Virus record (IMG/VR): IMGVR_UViG_3300004369_000001
Coordinates: 43,784 to 107,783 of that record
Direction: 5' to 3' (one strand)
DNA: 64,000 bases
Origin: a virus
Shown here: positions 16,955 to 27,900 of the stretch, one piece after another
How positions within the stretch are numbered: the stretch's first letter is position 1
Layout: every line of letters begins with the position of its first letter
Notes under the pieces: model-generated
Databases searched by the model: none
Told to the model about the DNA's origin: nothing
Seen by the model: the letters and a program-made list of their open reading frames with translations, nothing else
Position numbers and translations under genes: made by a program

Positions 16955-18566
16955 AAATGTAGTCCCTCAAGTATTCGTAGTGTGTTGGAAGTTGTCTGAC
17001 TGCATTATATATTGCCTTGCGATCCTCTTGCCATTGTTTGTGGTAATCATTGATTGTTGACTTCCTGACAGGATACAAGTGGTGTGCCTCATAAACATTA
17101 AACTCGTTGATTGGCGAGAAATCCTGACCAGCAGCGATGTAGATTAGACCAGCAAACTTATCTTCACTCCAGAAGTTTTTCCTGAGTCCATCAAACAACT
17201 GATAGTATTCCAACCTAGATTGTAGCATACTATGCCAAGTAAGGGGATCTTCCTTAATCTGGAAGAGATCATTCTTACCTGCAAAGTCTACATTTGCACA
17301 GTCTCTCCAGTATTTCGTATCATCACGACCTGTGAGGACATAATGCATCGTAATGAAATTCTTCATGGACTCGATAGCATTATCCACAGTGTAGTTGTAT
17401 GAATCAACATCAATACGAGTGACCTGATTGCGTCTCATGAGAGTATCAATCAGATAAAGGATATTCTCATGAGTTGTCATCAAACCAGTAGATTCCAGTG
17501 GTTCTAAGAATCCATATGCAAGACCGATACCAACAACATTTTGCACCCACGCCTTCTTACGCTTACCATGTCTGATGTTGATCAGTTTATATTGGGCAGC
17601 ATCGGCAACCTTTGGACTATACCTCTTCGCAATATATTCAACAAACTCTTCATAAGCAATGTCTGGGTCAATATACTTCTTGCTGAATACATATCCAGTG
17701 CCAACTCTATCCCACAGTGGGATATTCCACACCCAACCACTAGACAATCCAACACAGTCAGTATAGAGATCCATCTGATTCTCTCTGTCTGTATAGTCAA
17801 CACGAGCAGCAAATGCTGTGTCATTAAACAGCACATCATTAAATGATACAAACTCAGATCCCATGATGCCTTCAAGCACCACAGATTTGAATCCTGTGCA
17901 GTCGATGAAGAGATCTGCCTTTACAACTTGAGCAGCACCTGTGCCATCATCAACAATCACAGATGAAAGTCTGCCGTCAGGTGTCTTCACACCACCAGAC
18001 ACAGTGCCATATACTCTGGTGATTGCATCTTTGCAATATTCTTTGTCTAGATACTCACCAAACTTCTCAGAGTCCATGTGATATGCAGTATCTTCAGAGA
18101 ATCTCCAAGATGGATGCTCATTGCACACATAATCGGAAGTAATCCGATTTTCCTCTGCCATAATGGTATTTGGATTGAAGAATCTAGCAAACTCTTCAGG
18201 TGGATAGTGTTGAGGGAATCTTGCCCTCAACTCAAAGAATGTCATGTAATCACTTCTATAATCAGAGTGATCAATTCTTCCGAATGGATACTGAAAACGC
18301 TCACCCTCTCCATCTCTGAAGTTTTGGAAAGCAATAGATGACTTGTAGGTTGCACTACAATATGGCATCCAATCTCTATCACTCAGACCCAGAAATCTGA
18401 AGAATCTGTTGATATGTCCAAGGGTAGATTCACCAACACCAATGATATTCCTATCTTTAGGTTCGATGATAGTAATATCTTTCTCAGGAAATGCACGCAG
18501 CAGGGCAGCAGCAGTCATCCATCCCGAAGATCCCCCACCAACAACACAGAATGAATCAATTCGCAT
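16938..18566 (-). CDS. flavin-dependent halogenase (PrnA/tryptophan halogenase family)
   Basis: GGGSSG, GVGEST, CSATYK (catalytic Lys), GWVWNIP, FLEPLESTG. Confidence 0.92.
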   Translation of the reverse strand: MRIDSFCVVGGGSSGWMTAAALLRAFPEKDITIIEPKDRNIIGVGESTLGHINRFFRFLGLSDRDWMPYCSATYKSSIAFQNFRDGEGERFQYPFGRIDHSDYRSDYMTFFELRARFPQHYPPEEFARFFNPNTIMAEENRITSDYVCNEHPSWRFSEDTAYHMDSEKFGEYLDKEYCKDAITRVYGTVSGGVKTPDGRLSSVIVDDGTGAAQVVKADLFIDCTGFKSVVLEGIMGSEFVSFNDVLFNDTAFAARVDYTDRENQMDLYTDCVGLSSGWVWNIPLWDRVGTGYVFSKKYIDPDIAYEEFVEYIAKRYSPKVADAAQYKLINIRHGKRKKAWVQNVVGIGLAYGFLEPLESTGLMTTHENILYLIDTLMRRNQVTRIDVDSYNYTVDNAIESMKNFITMHYVLTGRDDTKYWRDCANVDFAGKNDLFQIKEDPLTWHSMLQSRLEYYQLFDGLRKNFWSEDKFAGLIYIAAGQDFSPINEFNVYEAHHLYPVRKSTINDYHKQWQEDRKAIYNAVRQLPTHYEYLRDYIYVEKD

Positions 18567-20067
18567 ACAATGTCCTCAAGTAATAATGATACGGCACTTC
18601 ACAATATCTATCCAAATCCCAATGGTCGTAATTCCAACTAGGACTCCAACTATTCAAGTGTGAACCTTCTGGAATTGGACCATAAAACATAATTTCTTTT
18701 TCAATTACTTCATTGAATGGATTCCATCCATGTCCCGCCATAACAGACATCAGTGAGTCACCAGTAAATCCATTGTTGAAGTTTAATTTACCAGAAAAGT
18801 TGAAAGACTCCTCCTGAAGAAGGACAGAAGCAGACTCAAGCATACCTTGCTGAGGATATTTAATGTTGGATACTGCTTGCCAATAACGTGTATCATTGCG
18901 TTGTGTCATACTATAATGCAATGCAACGAAAGATGCAAATCCATCAAATGCAAAGTTGACTTGTTTGTTGAATGTGTCACGCATATATTGTGTGACAACA
19001 TCTCTACCCTGTATCTGTCGGACAAATCTGAGCAAAAACTCATGCACAGATAGTAATCCATTTGACTCTAGTGGTTCTATAAAACCAGCAGACAATCCGA
19101 TGGACAAAACATTATTCCACCAGATTTCTTTCTTTCGTCCAACTTTGAATTTAAGGTTTCTAAGCAGGACCAATTCGTCATGCTCATCACCGAGGTGTTG
19201 TTGAAACTCTTCACGAGCATCATCGTCTGAAATGTATTTGTCCGAATAAACATAACCTGTCCCGATTCTACTCCAAGTTGGCACTCTCCACACCCATCCA
19301 GAGGATAGTGCTGTGCATTGAGTATACGGCACCATCTCAGATGCCTTGTCTTTGTATTGCAAACGTGTCACCCATGCAGAGTTATTGGGTAACCAGTCGG
19401 AGTAATCTACCCACTCAGATTGACTCAAAAGAGATTTGAATCCTGTGCAATCAATGTATAAATCACCATCATCATATCGTTTGCTGCCAATCATCAGGGA
19501 CTGCACATACTTGTCCTCACCATACACAACACCATTTACATCAGCAAGTATGTGAGTGACTTTATCTTTGCAGTAATGATCTCTCAGATAATGAGCAAAT
19601 TTGACAGCATCAAAATGAAACCCAGTGTTGTGCCTGAGTGAAAAATATGGGGCATTTATGGGCAGAATTGATCTTTCGGCACATTCTGCCGCCACGAAAT
19701 AATCCCTGGCAAACTTATCATTCTTCCACCCTTTCTTGTATGCATTCCAAAACCATACGTCTGGTGCTGGTGCATCATATCTGGGGGATCCAAAAGGATA
19801 CTGCCAAGGATCATCCTTATCTTTGTGGAAGTTAGAAAACCTGACGCTAATCTTATACGTTGCGTCACAATGAGGCATCCAGTCCTCATCTGTGAGACCA
19901 AGATAGTGTATCCATGGTCTAAAATACTGAGTCGTAGACTCACCTACACCAACTGAAGGCACGTTGGGGGACTCTACGACTACAATATCAGATTGTGGAA
20001 ATGCTTTCACCAGTGTGGCAGCAGTCATCCAACCAGATGATCCACCACCAATAATATAAAATTTCAT
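18556..20067 (-). CDS. flavin-dependent halogenase (PrnA/tryptophan halogenase family)
   Basis: GGGSSG, GVGESTT, CDATYK, GWVWRVP, FIEPLESNG. Confidence 0.92.
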   Translation of the reverse strand: MKFYIIGGGSSGWMTAATLVKAFPQSDIVVVESPNVPSVGVGESTTQYFRPWIHYLGLTDEDWMPHCDATYKISVRFSNFHKDKDDPWQYPFGSPRYDAPAPDVWFWNAYKKGWKNDKFARDYFVAAECAERSILPINAPYFSLRHNTGFHFDAVKFAHYLRDHYCKDKVTHILADVNGVVYGEDKYVQSLMIGSKRYDDGDLYIDCTGFKSLLSQSEWVDYSDWLPNNSAWVTRLQYKDKASEMVPYTQCTALSSGWVWRVPTWSRIGTGYVYSDKYISDDDAREEFQQHLGDEHDELVLLRNLKFKVGRKKEIWWNNVLSIGLSAGFIEPLESNGLLSVHEFLLRFVRQIQGRDVVTQYMRDTFNKQVNFAFDGFASFVALHYSMTQRNDTRYWQAVSNIKYPQQGMLESASVLLQEESFNFSGKLNFNNGFTGDSLMSVMAGHGWNPFNEVIEKEIMFYGPIPEGSHLNSWSPSWNYDHWDLDRYCEVPYHYYLRTLYAN

Positions 20068-20070
20068 AGA

Positions 20071-20478
20071 TTATTCAGGAAATGGTTCCCATGCTTTACG
20101 ACCAGGGACTTGGACTTTGCGAATGTCCTCTACATACTCGGGAGCAGTAGATGGAGCAGGAGTTGTTGCTTTGACGTTTGTTATATGATCTCTGAAGCGA
20201 GTGCCACCATCGAGTTGATCCTTAAAGATCATATCGAGTTGCTCACCCATACTACCATAAGCAATCATTCTTTGCACAGTAAGTGCTGCCTGTTGATCCT
20301 CCAATTCGTCCCTATCATACACCACACCATTGATCATAACAGACTGGTTAGTAGTGTCATCAGGGACATCACACCATTTCATGTTGGCGTCAGCACCTTC
20401 ATAAATTTGAAATTCATCACCTGCGTCGCAGATGTCGGTGATAATACCAGAATCACCTTGTACAATTGCTCTTTTCAT
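20071..20478 (-). CDS. tail-fibre-associated protein (assembly chaperone-like)
   Basis: R..AYGSMGEQLDMIFKD motif; directly follows the fibre genes. Confidence 0.6.
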   Translation of the reverse strand: MKRAIVQGDSGIITDICDAGDEFQIYEGADANMKWCDVPDDTTNQSVMINGVVYDRDELEDQQAALTVQRMIAYGSMGEQLDMIFKDQLDGGTRFRDHITNVKATTPAPSTAPEYVEDIRKVQVPGRKAWEPFPE

Positions 20479-20509
20479 TGGGAAACAATAACTCCTTCGT
20501 TGTTATTTA

Positions 20510-21319
20510 TCAACCATAATACTCATGGACCACAACAACACCTTGGCGACCAGAGGCACCTCTATCGCTGTGCTGAGATCCATTGCCACCTGCACCCCAT
20601 GCCGAGTGACCTTCGTGTCTATGTGAATAATTACCTTGTCTATGTGAGGACGGTTGAGATCCTCCATAATAAGATCTACCGCCAGAGTGGTTGCCATAGG
20701 AGTGGTGAGATCCGTGACCATTGCCACCACCACCGTGGACATTCAGGTTTCCACCTGATCCATTACCACCATAACCTCCAGAGTGCTGTTGGGAGCAGTT
20801 AGCGCCAACACCACCAGAGGCAGACAGATAACCACCAAAACTAGATGCGTTGCCATTGCCACCACATCCTGAGTAGTTTGTGCCACCACCAGGATTACCC
20901 ACAGTAACAGAAACGGATGAGATGTTAGTAACATCTAAAACACGCTGAGACATACCACCAGCGCCACCAGATTCAGTATACCCAGATCCACCACCGCCAG
21001 CACCAACAACGGTGATCATAATGGATTTAACATCTGAGGGTCTATTCCAGGTGCCATTACTTGTCCAGACCTGCATCGATCTGAATCCAGATGTGGAAGC
21101 AACATTACCCCAGGAAAGATTCGTGCCATTTGTCTGCAGGTATTTTCCTGCCTGACCACTCATACTTGGAATAATATACTTGGAAGTGCCAGTAATTGTG
21201 CCGTTAATGGTCAAGTCGCCACAGGTCAATGATGCCTCTGCGGTGATGCCACCAGTGGTTAATGTAAATCCAGAGATACCAGCGAGGTCTCTAACTTGGG
21301 TTACTCGTATAGTGCTCAT
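20510..21319 (-). CDS. Gly/His-rich tail fibre or adhesin, paralog 3
   Basis: GQAGKYLQTNGTNLSW; WTSNGTWNRP..VVGAGGGG polyglycine domain; His-rich loops. Confidence 0.8.
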   Translation of the reverse strand: MSTIRVTQVRDLAGISGFTLTTGGITAEASLTCGDLTINGTITGTSKYIIPSMSGQAGKYLQTNGTNLSWGNVASTSGFRSMQVWTSNGTWNRPSDVKSIMITVVGAGGGGSGYTESGGAGGMSQRVLDVTNISSVSVTVGNPGGGTNYSGCGGNGNASSFGGYLSASGGVGANCSQQHSGGYGGNGSGGNLNVHGGGGNGHGSHHSYGNHSGGRSYYGGSQPSSHRQGNYSHRHEGHSAWGAGGNGSQHSDRGASGRQGVVVVHEYYG

Positions 21320-22668
21320 CTAAAATACAACTCCACCCTTGCAGATCTATTTATTCCACTGCGGTTTTGGCAGCAATTGATTCTATCACCAGCACTGTAG
21401 TTACCGAAGTTACTACTCATACCAATACCACCTGACACGTCGTCAGAGTTCATGTCTGCTTCAGGATAACCACCACTGCCACCACCGTTTTCATTCCATC
21501 CAAATCCCCAACGTGTGCGTGCCCACCCACCATTGTTTCTATAGTTGAAACCATAGAATCTAACGTGCGATTGACCAGAGAAGTTACTGATACCACAGAA
21601 TTCATTGGCATTAGTCTTGTAGAATCTATCAACCTGATTCCAGAAGTTGATGGGATAGATTCTACCACCACGTCCATATCCTGTGTTGAAGTCAGTCTCA
21701 AACCATGTCCAACCACGATTACTACTAGGGACGCAACCTCCGCTGCCAATATCAGGCCAAATCGCCATAATGTCCTTGGCAGCGAATCTATTCATGACCT
21801 CAAATTTGGCATCACCATCATTGGTATTGTACTGATTTTCGTTGAGGACGTTATCAGTTGTCCAGTAATTTGCTCCCCATTGGAATGTGGTGCCTCTGGT
21901 CGCTTTCATACCCATCATCCAACCACCACCCAACCAGCGATCATCCATCAAGCAATAGATTTGTCTGGTGCGACCACCATCCAGGGCGATCCAGTAAACA
22001 CCATCAGATGCACCAGGATTTCTTCTCTTAATTTCTTGAGCAGAAGTGGCAGCAGTTGCTTGAGTTGTGCCGTAAGTGGTATCAGCAGCAGATGGTCTAC
22101 CATAAAACTCATGGACCACAACAACACCTTGGCGACCAGAGGCACCACGGTTACTATGCTGAGATCCGTTACCACCAGCACCCCATGCCGAGTGACCTTC
22201 ATGTCTGTGGGAGTAATTACTGTTGCTGTGGGATGACGGTTGACTTCCCCCGTAGTAACTTGCGCCACCAGCGTGGTTTCCATAACTGTGGTGGGAACCA
22301 TGTGCATTCCCGCCTCCACCGTAGACGTTTAGTGTACCACCAATACCTTCTCCCCCTAATCCACCTTCGTGTTGCTGAATACAATTAGATCCGCCTCCAC
22401 CAGCGCCACTACAATAGGATCCGAAAGATGACGTGTTACCGTTACCACCACACCCAGCATAATTATTGCCACCACCAGGATTACCAACAGTAACACTAAC
22501 TGAAGTAACATTGGAGACATCAATAACTCTTTGTGCCATTCCACCAGCACCACCTGATTCACAGTATCCTGATCCACCACCGCCAGCGCCAACAACTGTG
22601 ACCATGATTGACGTGCAATCGTTAGGTCTATTCCAGGTGCCATTACTTGTCCAGACCTGCATCGATCT
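20521..22668. repeat. two pairs of exact direct repeats, both at offset 1586
   Basis: 20521-20560 = 22107-22146 (40 bp); 21039-21082 = 22625-22668 (44 bp). Confidence 0.85.
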
Positions 22669-22905
22669 AATACCAGACACACCTGCCTGATCGACCCACG
22701 CCATCGATGTGCCATCTGTTTGAAGAAGTCTTCCTGCATTACCACCCTGTTTGGGGATAATGTGATTGGACTCTCCGATAATAGCACCATTCAGGATAAG
22801 GTTACCAACCACAAGAGGCAGCGTTGCAGTGATGCCACCGTTAGAAAGTTGGAAACCACCTGTATCGGTGAGGTCGCTAATTGAAGATACTTTGAGTAGA
22901 CTCAT
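21316..22905 (-). CDS. Gly/His-rich tail fibre, paralog 2, with C-terminal fibrinogen-like domain
   Basis: Same Gly-rich domain, then SAQEIK..DGVYWI...QIYCLMD..GGGWMM. Confidence 0.8.
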   Translation of the reverse strand: MSLLKVSSISDLTDTGGFQLSNGGITATLPLVVGNLILNGAIIGESNHIIPKQGGNAGRLLQTDGTSMAWVDQAGVSGIRSMQVWTSNGTWNRPNDCTSIMVTVVGAGGGGSGYCESGGAGGMAQRVIDVSNVTSVSVTVGNPGGGNNYAGCGGNGNTSSFGSYCSGAGGGGSNCIQQHEGGLGGEGIGGTLNVYGGGGNAHGSHHSYGNHAGGASYYGGSQPSSHSNSNYSHRHEGHSAWGAGGNGSQHSNRGASGRQGVVVVHEFYGRPSAADTTYGTTQATAATSAQEIKRRNPGASDGVYWIALDGGRTRQIYCLMDDRWLGGGWMMGMKATRGTTFQWGANYWTTDNVLNENQYNTNDGDAKFEVMNRFAAKDIMAIWPDIGSGGCVPSSNRGWTWFETDFNTGYGRGGRIYPINFWNQVDRFYKTNANEFCGISNFSGQSHVRFYGFNYRNNGGWARTRWGFGWNENGGGSGGYPEADMNSDDVSGGIGMSSNFGNYSAGDRINCCQNRSGINRSARVELYFR

Positions 22906-22931
22906 GGTGTTTCAGATCCTAGATTTATTTA

Positions 22932-23741
22932 TTAACCCCAGTATTCGTGGATAACCACGATACCTTCACGACCTCTAGCGCCTCTATTACTATGGCGAGA
23001 TCCGTTACCACCAGCACCCCAAGCAGCGTGCAATTCATGTCTGTGTGACCAGTTAACTTGGTTGTGACCTGCGGGTTGTCCACCACCATAATAACTAACG
23101 CCAGAAGCATAGTTACCATAACTATGGTGCGATCCGTGACCATTACCACCGCCACCATGGACATTTAGAGATCCACCAGATCCATTGCCACCGTAACCTC
23201 CAGCGTGCTGCTGAGAGCAGTTAGCACCAACACCACCAGAGGCACTGCAATAAGATCCAAAAGAGGAAGTGTTTCCGTTACCACCACAACCAGAATAGTT
23301 GTTACCACCACCAGGAGAACCAACAGTAACGGAAACAGATGCGATGTTAGTAACATCAACCTGTCGTTGGGACATGCCGCCAGCACCGCCTGCTTCGCAG
23401 TAACCTGACCCACCCCCACCTGCGCCAACACATGTGACCATGATGTTTTTACATCCAAATGGTCTAGTCCATGTGCCATTAGCAGTAAATACCTGCATTG
23501 ATCGGATTCCTGCTCTGGTGCTCAATGGTGACCAGACAGGATTAGTGCCATCGGTGCTTAAAAATGCACCACCTTGACCTGCTTGAGGTGGCACAATATA
23601 AGAAGATGACCCAGTAATAGTGCCATTGACAACTAGATCGTTAACGGTCAAAGTACCACTCACACTCACTGTGGAGTTACTAACTGTAAAACCTACAGAT
23701 CCTGATGGGTCTTGAATTTGATTAACTCTAAGTAGTGCCAT
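22932..23741 (-). CDS. Gly/His-rich tail fibre or adhesin, paralog 1
   Basis: 269 aa, colinear with 20510-21319. Confidence 0.8.
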   Translation of the reverse strand: MALLRVNQIQDPSGSVGFTVSNSTVSVSGTLTVNDLVVNGTITGSSSYIVPPQAGQGGAFLSTDGTNPVWSPLSTRAGIRSMQVFTANGTWTRPFGCKNIMVTCVGAGGGGSGYCEAGGAGGMSQRQVDVTNIASVSVTVGSPGGGNNYSGCGGNGNTSSFGSYCSASGGVGANCSQQHAGGYGGNGSGGSLNVHGGGGNGHGSHHSYGNYASGVSYYGGGQPAGHNQVNWSHRHELHAAWGAGGNGSRHSNRGARGREGIVVIHEYWG

Positions 23742-23742
23742 A

Positions 23743-24078
23743 TCAGTCTAAGTAAGGATCCAGTGCCTTGTAGAATGCTCCGTTAGTATTTAGCGTGCCA
23801 TCTTTTATGTCTTGGAAGAGAGCATCCAACAGTGCAGTGTTGCTAGGTCTATTAGCAGAAGGAGTATATTCTAGGTCTTTGATTGCTTCCATGATAACTT
23901 CTGGAGAGTATGCTTCTCCATCGGAAAATCTGATATCAAAGATATTGCTATTCACCAAGACATAATCACGCCCAGGATATACCTTAGCGATTGCTTGTGT
24001 AATTACACCTTCATCATCAGGTGTAACGTTTCCTGAGCGAAGACGCTCAAATAATTTTCTCCAAGTATTCTCGATCAC
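23743..24078 (-). CDS. tail-fibre-associated hypothetical protein
   Basis: 111 aa; LLDALFQDIKDG resembles the QLDMIFKD motif of 20071-20478. Confidence 0.6.
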   Translation of the reverse strand: MIENTWRKLFERLRSGNVTPDDEGVITQAIAKVYPGRDYVLVNSNIFDIRFSDGEAYSPEVIMEAIKDLEYTPSANRPSNTALLDALFQDIKDGTLNTNGAFYKALDPYLD

Positions 24079-24974
24079 GATCTAACCTCCATAGCGATCA
24101 ATGTGCTGATGCTTCTCATATCATTACCAGCTCTATCGTTAATATAAAGATTGCGATTACTACCACTCCAAGAAGAAGAGGCACCAACAGTATATGTAAC
24201 CGAGTTGGTTGTGCCTGGGACATCCATATATTGAAGAGTATTGCAATACATGTAGTCGTCACCATCATAACCAGAATATGTGGTGGCAACAGATCCATTA
24301 CTGATATTGCTGTTGCCATTCAAACCAGCGGTCAGGACATTACCATCACGGAAGAAACCAAATGAGCAGACGTGACGAGCAGATGAATTGACCATTGCCA
24401 ACAACACAATCTTAGAGTTAGTGTGCGTGGGGGCAATAGAGACTTCTAGGTCAGGAATCTGTGACAATTCTTGTGCGTTGATCAGATAACGATTAGGGGG
24501 TGTCATAGACATACGAAGTTGGACAACTTCACCCTCTCTAAGGTCATTTTCTTCACCACCAACAATAAACCAAGAGGCATTAGGTTCGATGGTTACAGTA
24601 AAACCTTGCTGCACTTCAACAGGTCCAGCAGTAAAACCGTTTCTAAACTCCTCACCACCATTGGCAATAGGACCAACGGTAATATTTTCATTGATGAAGT
24701 TGGCATTGGTGCGGATAATCGAATCTTCACCAACTGAAGGACCACCGCCACCGACATCATCCCACCCAGGCACACCTGCCTTGGCATCCTGAAGATATAT
24801 CTGTGCCATATCTTCATCGGTATTATAGACAATCGTGCCGTAAGCAGGAGTGCCTAAACCTTGAATAGCAACCTCTGTCAATGGGGGCAGATTGATCTGT
24901 TCCGTTACCGAGAGTGCTGTTATAATTGCTCTGGTAGCGGCATCAATCTGATTACCGTTGATTTTTGTAGACAT
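24075..24974 (-). CDS. tail fibre-like structural protein
   Basis: GTIVYNTD, GGGPSVGEDSIIRTNA; C-terminal DLEVSIAP..SKI...PGTTNSVTY...STLIAMEV domain. Confidence 0.75.
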   Translation of the reverse strand: MSTKINGNQIDAATRAIITALSVTEQINLPPLTEVAIQGLGTPAYGTIVYNTDEDMAQIYLQDAKAGVPGWDDVGGGGPSVGEDSIIRTNANFINENITVGPIANGGEEFRNGFTAGPVEVQQGFTVTIEPNASWFIVGGEENDLREGEVVQLRMSMTPPNRYLINAQELSQIPDLEVSIAPTHTNSKIVLLAMVNSSARHVCSFGFFRDGNVLTAGLNGNSNISNGSVATTYSGYDGDDYMYCNTLQYMDVPGTTNSVTYTVGASSSWSGSNRNLYINDRAGNDMRSISTLIAMEVRS

Positions 24975-24997
24975 TTATACCCTCAGTCTAGTAGTAT

Positions 24998-27900
24998 TTA
25001 GATGACCAATTCTCTAACATGCACAGTATCCCCTGTTTGAGGAATTGTGCCGATGGAGAAGTCAACAGAGTTACCGACAACTTGATAATCAACTCCAGGC
25101 GTTTGGCAAACACCATTCAAGAATACAAGCAGTGAATATGCACTGTGACCAGAAGAGATAGCAAATGCTGAGGTTGCACCGTCGCCTGCATAGGTTGTCC
25201 CATTGTTAGCGTTAGCAATACCCGTCGCCAAAGAGTATTTATCTACAGCACCATACTTACCTGTAACTTCCAGATCGCCCTCAACGTGGAGGTTACCACC
25301 AATCTTCATTCTATTTGTTGCATCTGGTGCAATACCAATACCATAATGTGTCACACCACTATATCTATTAGATGTGATAGCAGTGGTGTCACTGAGACCA
25401 AACTTATACCAGACGTTGTTGTCATAAATCCAACCCAGTGCTTGACCAGGGGCCCAGTCAATGTTATAGCACATGTCGCCTGTGTTAAAGGCAAGACCTG
25501 CCTCAAGATCGGGAAGACCATTACCATCTTCCTCAGCAAGGAAGGTCTTCCTCAAAACAGTGCCATCATCGTTAGAGTATGTAAACTCTAGGGACTGAAT
25601 CTCATTCTGTGATGTAATCTTCTTCTGGAAGGTTACAGGACCAGAGAATACAGATTCCAACTGGTTAGATGCACCACCAATAACAGTCAGTTTGTCGGTA
25701 AGCACCAACTCAGAGAAAGTTTCAATGGTTGTGTCTTCTTCACCCAACACATTCAATTGTGCAATATCTTCGTTAGTGATCTGACCTGTAACTGGGTTGA
25801 TAACTTGGTTACCAACAAACAACTCACCGTCAGAGTTAACACCAGAATAGTATGCCACACCTGCTGCTTCTTTGAGTGACTGAGACAATCTAACTTGCTC
25901 AGGACTCAACACTTCCACCTGTGTAGAGGGGAATGCAGTTGAGTAGTTACCAGGACCGAAACCAAGATATTCAAACGTGTGACCAGATGCTCTGAGAATG
26001 GAGTATCTTCTCAACTCAATGAGCAAGGGTTGGACACTACCATCAGAGTTAAGTTTCAGAGGAATCTTACGCTCTTCAGCATCACCCAGACGTGCAGTAA
26101 CTGAGATACCATTCAGCACGTTAGATGCAGTGGTATAACCAAGGTTGTTTTGACTCTCTTGCAGGAAATACTGTGCTGTCTCCTTAGTAATAGACAACTG
26201 AGTATTGATATTGGGAGTGGGTTGTGCTCCATCAGTTGTCTTCACAAGACCTAAAGTCTCGTTATCTGCAATAGAGATAGATGCTGCAGGGTCTGCAACA
26301 GGGTTGTCTCTGTCAAATGCAGGATAAAGGTCAACAGTTTGCTGAGAGAATTCAAAGTCATCAAAGTTGGTTGTGGTCGGAGTTACCGAAGCATTCAACA
26401 ATGTCAGATAATAGATACCATCAGCAACACCACGCTCAAACACTTGATATGTTTCAACAGCGTAAACGTAGTATGTCCTAGTATATGCAGGAGAGTTGGT
26501 TTCAGAAGATCTCGGTTGAATCACGAAACCCGTGATGGGCACTCTGGGCACAGGGAATGCATCCTTGTCCAGCACATAACGATAACGATAGATTCTGTCA
26601 ACCAAGTTACGAGCATCGGGCACACGACGGATAAATGTTGTCGGTGTGAATCCAAGATTCTGATAGATGCTATTGGACTGCAGTGTGGTGTAAATGGTAT
26701 TAGCAGTGCTTTCTACTTGGATATACCAGTTACCAACAGCAGAGTCCCACTTGAGAGGTGATTCATCATCACCAGCAGCGGTGCCTGTAACTGTAGGACC
26801 AGTGGGTGTAATGTTTGCGTAGTGTACAGTTGGTTCGGTTGCACCAGAGGCAATCAACTGCACATAGATTCTATCAGGACTGTTGATATCATCCTGCCTA
26901 GCACCAATAGTGTAACCCTGAATCTTTGTGGGAGGTCTACCAGTCTCTACAGAATAACCATACAAGTAGAGTTTTGTTGGGTCTGCTGCAGCACGAGTCT
27001 TGTTAATGTCAATCGTGATCCAGTTGATAGCGATCTCATCGATATCATCGAGAGATTTTGGTGGAATAACGTGTGTGAATTGTCCTGCTTTATCTTTGGT
27101 GAATGCTGCTGCCTTAAATCCTTTAGATCTAAGTGATGTGTTACCAAAGTTAGAGTTGGAGTTAGTAATTGAAAGGTCACCACCACTCTCTGAGAAGAAG
27201 TGATCACCAAATCCCACAGCAAACACAGACACAACCTGAATGAATGCGTCATTCGATGCTTTAATGTGTGCGTGTCTCCATCCTTTGCGATACTTCGCTA
27301 GACCGTTAATGTGAGCACCAGATCCTGCTGCTTGTGCTTCATATTGCTCAGTCGTTGGGTTGTATACAACGAATGCTCTGTCATCTTTTTGTAGTGAAAT
27401 GCCAGTAAACTGTGCAACCACCATCGATTTGAAACCAGTTGCTTCAGCACCATCAGCGTGCATACCATTGATACCCCACACCGATCTAAGTGAGAGGTTG
27501 AATGCATATGGAGATGCAGAGTCAACTGTATCAATCTCAACCTTCACCAGGATATTACTACCGATAGCATTACCTGAGGGCTCAGATGACATCTGATAGG
27601 TAAATTGGTTACCTTGTGCTGAGGTTACGAAGAATGACCCGTTATATAGTAACTGATCCTGATCAGTAGGACCAGTGACGCCAGAAATATTAACTGCCAC
27701 ACCCACCGAGAAACCGTGATTCTTGGGGTTACCCAATTCATCAACGGTAAATGCCGTTGCCGTCTGACCATTTCTAATAATCTGAGAAACAGCAAATTCG
27801 TCCGAAATCGGACCCACAATTCTGTTTTCCTCAACTCTCGCCTGCAATTGGTCTTGAGAGATGATACCAGAGGAGTCAGGAATTGTAGCGTATGCTTTAG

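Noticed and set aside
12437-20067. Classical secondary-metabolite cluster (e.g. pyrrolnitrin)
   Set aside because: No PrnB/C/D-like partners, scaffold synthase, flavin reductase or exporter recognised.
20510-23741. Diversity-generating retroelement or invertase shufflon acting on the fibres
   Set aside because: No reverse transcriptase or recombinase in the window; repeats are direct and the differences are not adenine-specific.
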